A DNA stretch of 64,000 nucleotides from the human T2T-CHM13v2.0 reference genome, Homo sapiens. Of the stretch, positions 55,301-64,000 are shown one piece after another; position 1 is the first letter of the stretch, and every line of letters starts with the position of its first letter. Under the pieces are notes generated by a model. It was not told the DNA's origin, ran no database searches, and was given only the letters and a program-made list of their open reading frames with translations. The position numbers and the translations under genes were made by a program. Where the stretch lies: NCBI RefSeq assembly GCF_009914755.1, contig NC_060925.1, one strand, 5' to 3'.

Positions 55301-57225
55301 ATCTTTATCATTCCATCTATATAAAAATCAGCTAAAAATGGATTAGACACTTAAATGTAATATCTGAAACTATGAAATTACTAGAAGAAAATATTGGAGA
55401 AATGCTACAGGACACTCATCTGGGAAAGTAATTTTTAGTAAGACCTCGAAAGCACAGGCAACCAAAGCAAAAATAGGCAAATAGGGTTACATCAAACTAA
55501 AAAGCTTCTGCACTGCAAAGGAAATAAAAATTAACAAGTGAAGAGAAAACATGTGGAATAGGAGACAATATTTGTAAACTATGCATCTGACCAGGAATTA
55601 ATATCCAGAATATAGAAGGAACTGAAACAACTCAATAGCAAAAAAATAACAATCTGATTTAAAAATGGGTAAAGGAATTAAATAGGCATTTATCAAAAGA
55701 CATACAAATGGCCAACAAGTATATGAAAAAAATGCTCAATCTCATTAATAATCAGGAAAATGAAAGTCAAAATCACAATGAACTATCACCTCAATCCAGT
55801 TAGAACAGCTCTTGTCAAAAAGACAAAAAACAAATGTTGGCAAGGATATGAAGATAGAGGAATCCTTGTACATTGTTGATAGGAGTGTAAAGCTGTAAAG
55901 CCATTATGGAAATCAGTATGGAGGGTCTTCAAAAAACTAAAAATAGTGCTACCATGCCATCCAGTAATCCCACAGCTGGCTATGTATCCTAAAGCAAAGA
56001 AATCAGTAAGTTTATTGCTGTACTATTCACAACAGACAAAATATGGGATCAACTTAAGTGTCCATCAACAAATTAATGGATAAAGAAAATACACAGTGGA
56101 ATATTATTCATCCATAAAACGATGAAATCCTCCCACTTGTGGCAACATGGATGGAATCAGAGATCATTATGTTAAGTGAAATAAGTCAGGAACAGAAAGA
56201 CAAATAGCCTATGTCCTCACTTGTAGGTGGGAGCTAAAAAGGTTGATCTCATTGAGGTGGAAAAGAGAATGTTGGTTACCAGAGGCTGGGAAGGGAAGGG
56301 GGAGGGTGGGAATGAATAGGAGTTGGTTAATAGGTACAAAATACAGTTTGATTGAAGGAATAGTTTCTAGTATTTGATAGTACAATAGGGAAGCTATCCT
56401 TAACAATAACTTACATATTTCACTATAGGGAAACTATCGTTAACGATAACATATATTTCAAAATAGCTAGAAGAACCGTAATGCTCCCAATTTAAAGAAA
56501 AGATAAATGAGTGATATATATTCCAATTACTCTGATTCAATCATTACACATTGTATACATGTATCAAAATATCACATGTACCCCAAAATATTTACAACTA
56601 ATTGATATATCTATCAATTGAAAATTTAAAAGTTGCTGGGGAGCGGTGGCTCACGCCTGTAATCCTAGCACTTTGGGAAGCCGAGGAGGGTGGATCACCT
56701 GAGGTCAGGAGTTCGAGATCAGCCTGACCAACATGGTGAAACCCTGTCTCTGCTAAAAATACAAAAATTGGCTGGGTGTCGTGACGCATGCCTGTAGTCC
56801 CAGCCACTTGAGAGGCTGAGGTAGGAGAATCGCTTGAACCAGGAGGTGGAGGTTGCAGTGAGCCGAAATTGCACCATTGCACTCTAGCCTGGGTGACAGA
56901 ATGAGACTCTGTCTCAAAAAAAAAAAAAAAAATTAAAAAGTCACAAAGACCACATATTGCATGACTACATTTGCATTAAATGTCTGGAATGGGAAGAAAT
57001 ATAGAGGAAGAAAGTAGAATAGTGGTTGCGTAGTGTTGGGAGAGAGAACAGTGACGATGACTGCTAACAGGTAAACGGTCTCTTTTGCCAGGAGACAAAA
57101 CTGTTCTAAAATTACATTGTGGAGATGGCTGTATACCTTTTGAGAATACTAAAAAACATTAAATTATGCACTTTAAATGAATTAAATGGTATGTGAATTG
57201 TATCAATGAAACTATTTTTAAAATC
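52323..57225 (+). mobile_element. Cluster of L1MA/L1MB ORF2-3'UTR fragments: L1MA-like 52323-53510, inverted piece ~53515-53697, L1MB-like 53700-55022 and 56940-57225, nested L1MA-like ~55023-56630
   Basis: ORF2-like peptides EDTNKWKDI.., [53 protein letters not shown]; L1MA 3' end ATATCACATGTACCCC; L1MB end TGTTCTAAAATTACATTGTGG. Confidence 0.85.
56634..56931 (+). mobile_element. AluS (Sq/Sx-like)
   Basis: Full dimer; TSD AAAATTTAAAAGT / AAAATTAAAAAGT. Confidence 0.92.
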
Positions 57226-59344
57226 TCAAGCATTTCAAAATGAATTGGAATGGGAAGTAGGAAATATGAGGATCAATGATGATAACTAAATATCTCCTTG
57301 GTTAAGTGGGTGAATTTTTGTACCAATCACTAAAATGAGTCCTTGGTTTGAAGAGGGATGGCATGAATTAAGTTTTGAACATTTTAAATTTAAAATGTTT
57401 ATGAAATATTCAACTAGGCAGATTAATAAACATGTTTAGAGCACAGGAGATATGGAAATTCGGTTGACCTTATTGTATAGATTGAAATTGTAGCCAAGGG
57501 TTTCCAAATTTGAGAAAGTGCATAGTGAAAAAGGACCCAGGACTGAGCCTTAAAAAATTCCAAACTCAAAGGCTAAAGAGAGGAACATAACTGGAAATGG
57601 GAAATTATCTGTTCTGCGCATCTTCACTAAACAGGAAAGAAAAGAACAACTAATAACATTGACAGAAGTGGATAATCTTAAAAAAATCCTAAAAATGAAA
57701 GAATTCCAAAAAAAATAGAATGTTTTTCTTCACAAATATTCAATTGTATCTGGTGAATATTTTTATTCGCCTAGCAATTTTAAATAAATTATACCATTAA
57801 ATATTTTATATGTTATTTTCTTTCCATCCTTTGTTTACCACCCAATCTTATAAATTAAGGCTTAATTTTGAGAAGTGTGCAATTTATATAAAATTTAATC
57901 TTAAGCGATAATAAATATTATGGATATGTATAACTCATCTGAGAAATTTGAGAAACAGACTATTTTCAGCTGTGATTGTTTCATACTTATAATAGCTCAT
58001 GCTTATTACATGACTTATCTGCCATCTAAAAGTAAATGCTGCTACTTATAAACTAGAGACAAGTTAATCAATGGCAATGTTGCCATTCCCCAATCACCCA
58101 CTGGCAATTACATGTCATCAAGTCACATTTGCTTTTGGCTGGTCTATAGAATGTCAAAGGAAAGGAAAAGGATATTTTAAAGGTTAGTGTTATATCATGC
58201 CAAAGGACATACTGGAAGTCTTTCTTCTGTTTGAAAAATATAACCAGAGGTTATGGCAATGTTATTGTTTCTATTGCCATTTATTCTACTTTGTTATTTG
58301 ATCTGATTAGGGGGAGAAAAAGGAAGTAGGTCATGTCTGTTGCCATTTTGCTCTAAAGACAAGCCGTAGTGGGAAATAATTAGATGTAGCATATCAGCAC
58401 AGTCACCTAAAACAAAAAAATAATTCTGCAATTTCTACATTATCTTTGTGATTTGAAAAATCCTGATCCTCACACCCTGAAGGTAGCTGTTAGGCAGTTT
58501 TCTGCCTTAAATGGCAGAACACATCAACCAAAACTGACTTAAGCTATAAGAAATGTTGGAGTTTTATTTCATGTAAAAATAAGTCAAGGGGTGGGATGAG
58601 CCCCAGGCCTCAATGCTCTCGTTTCTCTTTCTCTGATATTCCCTAGTGTCTGTGCTCTGCTTGGGGATAGTTTAAGAACTTCTTGTAGGAAGATGATGGA
58701 ATGTAGTAGTTACATTTGTTTCACAACCAAACGCAGCAAATCCAGAAACAGAAAAATAGCATTTACTCTTGTGCTTCTGTCTTAGAATGAAATAAACTTT
58801 TCCTCACTGCTTGGGATAGATGTCCACTGGTAAGGAGAATGAGATTACCATAATTCATTTAAAGTCTTAAGCAATTTTCAAAATTTAAGATCTAATCTTG
58901 AAACTACAGATGAGTTAACTTTGTCATATAAGAAGTAGAATTTTTTTGTTTTTTTTTTTTTTTTTTAGAAAATCAAGGCTCTGTTAGAAAGAAACATGGG
59001 TTGGGTAGATAGCTAACCACAGTATTTGCTACATTGAACATATTTTCACTGCCATGAAAAAAATACCAAAATTTGTTAGATAATAGTTTACTGATTTTAT
59101 ACATTAATTATATTATAAGTATATAAATATGTAGGTAAAAATGTTTACATGGTCACCTTTGTTTAAAATAATGAAAAGATCTGCATTTCCAACTGATTTT
59201 TGTATCACTTCCTGGAGAAATCACACAATCACCTTGCTTAGAAGCCAGAGTTTTCCATGAGAAATAGGATGGTGGGGCTCAGGCCATAGCTCTCTGAGTG
59301 ACTTCCATGTCTGAACTAGCAACTGTATGACAAAATCAGACTGA

Positions 59345-60092
59345 TAGTTTCCAAAGTGCTTTGTTCAGACCAGCAATATCAGCATCACCTAAGAACTTTT
59401 TGAACACACAGACTCTTGGACCCCGCCCAAACCTACTGAATCAGAAACTCTGGGTGTGAGGACTTGTAAGTCCTCCAGGTGATTCTGACCATGTTAACAT
59501 TTTAAAACTCTTTTTAATTTTTGTGGGTACATAGTGGGTGGATATATTCATGGGGTATATGATATATTGGGGTACAGCCATGCAATGCACAATATTATCA
59601 TAGAAAATTGGGCATCCATCCCCTCAAGCACATATCCTTTGTGTTACAACAATCCAATTATCCTTTCAGTTATCTTAAAATGTACAAATAAATTATTATT
59701 GACTGTAGTCCCCTTGTTCTGCTATCAAATACTAGGTTTTATTCTTTATGTCTATTTTTTGTACCAATTAACCATCCCCACCTTCCCTGCCTCCGCCACC
59801 ACCCTTCCCAGCCCCTGGTAGTCATTCTTCTATTCTCTATCTCCATGAATTCATTTGTCTTGATTTTTAGACCCCACAAGTAAGCCGGAACATGTAACGT
59901 TTGTCTTTCTGAACCTGGCTGATTTCACTTAACATAATGACCCCCAGTTCTGTCCATGTTGTTGCAAATGAAAGAATCTCTTTTTTATGGCTGAAGAGTA
60001 CTCCATTGTGCATTAGTGCCACATTTTCTTTATCCATTCATCTGTTGATGGACACTTAGGTTTCAGACCACATTAACCTTTGAAAACCACTG
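59345..60092. mobile_element. MER5A hAT MITE split by an L1MA insertion
   Basis: CAGACCAGCAATATCAGCATCACCT..CCTACTGAATCAGAAACTCTGGG..CCTCCAGGTGATTCTGA; terminus TTTGAAAACCACTG at ~60079-60092. Confidence 0.8.
59503..60065 (-). mobile_element. L1MA (MA1-3-like) 3' end
   Basis: TTTTTGTGGGTACATAGT...TTTATCCATTCATCTGTTGATGGACACTTAGG; TSD GACCATGTTAACATTT (59487-59502) / GACCACATTAACCTTT (60066-60081). Confidence 0.87.
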
Positions 60093-60179
60093 GAAGCAGC
60101 TCTGTTGTCAATTTTTCATTTTACCAATTGTGCCAGTTTATTTAAATCTTCTCACCCCACTACAGCTCCATAGTTCTAG

Positions 60180-60506
<327 letters not shown>

Positions 60507-60564
60507 TGCTTTTTTTTTCTTACTCTGCTACATACGGTAAAATTAAAACCATTTCTCTCACCCA

Positions 60565-60757
60565 CTGCCCTGTCCAATACAGTAGCAGCAGCCACATGTA
60601 ACTATTGAAATTGAAATTAATTGAGCTTTAAAAATTGAGGCATGCTAGCCACATTTCAAATACTCAATAGTCACATATGGCAAATGGTTACCATATTGAA
60701 CGGCATAGATATATAGAGCATTTTTATCATTGTAGAAAATTCTACTGGACAGGGCTG
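60565..60757. mobile_element. MER3/MER33-like hAT MITE
   Basis: Terminal inverted repeats CTGCCCTGTCCAATA ... TACTGGACAGGGCTG; internal TAGCCACATTTCAAATACTCAATAG. Confidence 0.8.
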
Positions 60758-61032
60758 AACTAGAGCATCACAAATTCATGTTTTTTTACAAAACACTTTT
60801 AAGTAACATGCACTAAACATTTTTTACATATAAAAGTGGCGTCAATCTAGAATATATTGAATTGCTGGAAGAAGAGTTATTCACCTTTAATTCTCTTGTA
60901 TAAGTTTGTGGTTTTCAATCTTGGAAATATGCCAGACAATATATTCTGAAGACAAAAATGACAAAATTGCTTTTTTGAAGACACATAGCTTCTGGCCAAA
61001 TATAACAAATATTCTTTTCAATGAATAACTGA

Positions 61033-61429
<397 letters not shown>

Positions 61430-63658
61430 ACAGGAGGCTAATTATTTTAAGGTCAGTTCAATAACATGAGACAAAGATTTTGGTGTGAAATAGAAATTAG
61501 ATCTCTAAATAAATATGAGACAATTGAAGTCTCCTCACTCAGTGAAAGGGTGGGCTAGAAAAGACACTGATGCAGGAAAAAATTAAATAAAATAGTGTGA
61601 GTGGAAAAAGTTCCTGAGGATTTTAGCCACAGGTCTAACCTACCAAGGGTCAGCAGTTCAAATGTACACTGTCAAATTGATTCACTAGACCCTAGAATCT
61701 CTGACAGACACAAATGCAAATTTTCTCTCAATGTGTGCAAATTCAAGCCAGACTTTTTAGGATTCTCACACAGAGCCATACCAAAATGTACAAGGAAACA
61801 GATTGTCATGAATAAGTAGGTCATTACAATTCGTGTATTAGGTGGGAGAAGGAGCACAATGGGAGAGTAAGTTGCAAGAGGAAGAAATTGAAGATTGGTC
61901 ACAGCGGACCAGAAAAAAGATACAGGCATTGTCTCCTGGAAAATGAAAACCCACTAAAAGATTCTAAGTTAAAAGTAGTACGGTCAGATTTTGTTTTAGA
62001 ATCTTGTCTATCATAGTTGATTCTTTTGCTGCTTCTTTATTGAAAGGACTTGAAATATTTATGCCTCCTAACTGAAATTCAAGGAAATCACCGTAAGATA
62101 CGGGTAAGGCCGAAATCTTGCCTTTATAATCCAATTCTGCATACTTGACCATAAGAAAATGGTTTTAAAATGATTAAAGTAGTTAAGTATATGTAATGAA
62201 TATTTCCTGATCTCAACATCTATAGAAATGTCACATACTTCTTAATAAAATTTTGAGACAGGAAATACTTTTCCAGGGTCAGGGTAGGGAACAAACAGAA
62301 AAGACTTTTCAATTAATTGCGTGTATCTTCCGATAATCAATTACTGAATAGTTTGGTTCTCCAATAAGCTTCGTTATAACCTGCTAATTAGACAATAAAA
62401 CAGCAATAGGCTTTAGTATAGCATTTTACATTGCGCAAAGTAAAATGACAAAATGACACAATTGCACATTAAAAAACAACTTTAAGTTAGACTTTGGTTT
62501 CTTTCTACAATAAGAAACCTTCAACTTCTGCACAACTTGTCATAGAATTTTTTTTTCTCCTTTTTCCGCTCATGGCCAAGTGGAAAACAAAAATCAAATA
62601 ATATAGCATGCTGCCAATTTTGGTCTTTGTGAAAACCCTTTAGTGGTATCTTTCAAACAGTGGTTTCTCTTTACTTAAAATTTTAATTTTAATATATCTT
62701 TTTTTACTGTTAAGATAGTCTGTAGCTTACCCATTTCCTGCTGCCACCACCGCCATCTCATAATACCCTCCTTTCCTTTTACTCTAACCCTCACCTCTCA
62801 TCACCACAGCAAATATTCTTTAAGGTCAATATTCTACAGAATGTCAAACTACCAACCTATTGTTTTCTTGTGTAAGATCCTAAATTTATTAATATTCAAA
62901 TTATTGGAGGATTTAGCCTTTCGTCCAGTGATGTTATTTAAGGCCTCCTGATTACCTCCACTAGTGGTGAATGTAGGAATATGTTGACAGAACTTAAATA
63001 TGAATGATATTAAACTGTTTAATAGCCTAGTGGATTGAGGTACATATTAGTAAATATAAATTAATTTAGAGAAAATAAAGATGTAAAACCTGATATCAAC
63101 CTTACACAATGTAAGAAACTTTTCTATTCACACAACTAGAAAGTTTTCTTCACACCCAGATTTCTGTGACTCCAAATTCAGATTCCATATCACCCCCTTC
63201 ACTGCTTGTAGCTAAGCTGCATTTCTTCTTCAAATTTCTCTCATGTGGCAGAAAGCAAACTCATACCTGAATTCCTGAGAAAAAAAAATGACCTATGTAA
63301 ATATAATTACTAAATAATAATTGGTGGGGGAATTCTGATATTTTGATGATGACATTTCATGGAATGATACAAAACATAAATTATTGATATTCATTTCCAA
63401 ACTTGAGCCAAATAAAGGCCAACTGAGAATCAACTATATTTTTTTAATTATCATTATGAGTACATACATATCTTTGACTATTAGGTCCACATTCTTTGTG
63501 TGGTACCAATATTTTCCTATCATTTTTATACCTATACATTAGAAAAATCTCTTGATTGTTATGTTTGTACAAAAAACATATTTCTAAAATTATATTTATT
63601 TCAAAATGTATGTTATGTTTTAAGTCATAAAAAATAATTTGGGCTCCATCAACAGTGC

Positions 63659-63669
63659 ATATATATATA

Positions 63670-63738
<69 letters not shown>
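63659..63738. repeat. (TA)n(TG)n(TA)n microsatellite
   Basis: Directly visible. Confidence 0.95.
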
Positions 63739-63860
63739 TATTGTTACTTCCAGTGGTGAAAAATATGCAGCTTAGCTGATTGGAAAGCTTCTCTTACTGA
63801 CCCCATTTCACATACAAAACTCACCAAGATACCAAAGATACTATTATACGTCTGTATATA

Positions 63861-64000
63861 ATTTTTATTTATTTATTTAAATTTTAGGTTCAGGGATAGA
63901 TGAACAGATTTGTTATATAGGTAAACTCATGTCATGGAGATTTGTTGTACAGATTATTTTGTCACCCAGGTATTAATCCTAGTACCCAATAGTTATTTTC
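63861..64000 (-). mobile_element. Older L1PA (PA13-16-like) 3' end, runs off the window
   Basis: TTTTAGGTTCAGGG..CAGATTTGTTATATAGGTAAACTC..TGTTGTACAGATTATTT.GTCACCCAGGTA. Confidence 0.8.

Noticed and set aside
58060-58350. Cluster of TTGCCAT/ATGGCAA half-sites (RFX/NFI-like)
   Set aside because: No complete X-box or correctly spaced NFI dyad; cannot be separated from chance without conservation data
61964-62152. 62-aa ATG ORF with protein-like composition
   Set aside because: No recognisable homology or splice context

Overview
AT-rich, repeat-dense primate (most likely human) genomic DNA. I can support no intact protein-coding gene, RNA gene or CRISPR array, and I found no new biological system. 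The centrepiece is a nested retrotransposition complex at ~11.9-19.6 kb. A minus-strand L1PA-type LINE-1 keeps its 5' end but has lost its 3' end, and it hosts two later insertions, each with its own target-site duplication (TSD). The first is a 5'-truncated, 5'-inverted (twin-primed) processed pseudogene of ABCE1/RLI, inserted in ORF2. The second is a short, younger L1PA 3' end carrying ~1 kb of apparently 3'-transduced unique sequence, inserted in ORF1. Elsewhere there is a near full-length Tigger1, a two-LTR MLT1 MaLR element containing a perfect 44-bp-arm AT-rich palindrome, an ERVL remnant with a dUTPase relic, many Alus, older L1M/L2/MIR/MER fragments, microsatellites and several local duplications. 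Most ORFs in the track are repeat-derived artefacts. Subfamily names and the ABCE1 comparison come from my recall of consensus/reference sequences and need RepeatMasker/BLAST confirmation; boundaries of old repeats are approximate.
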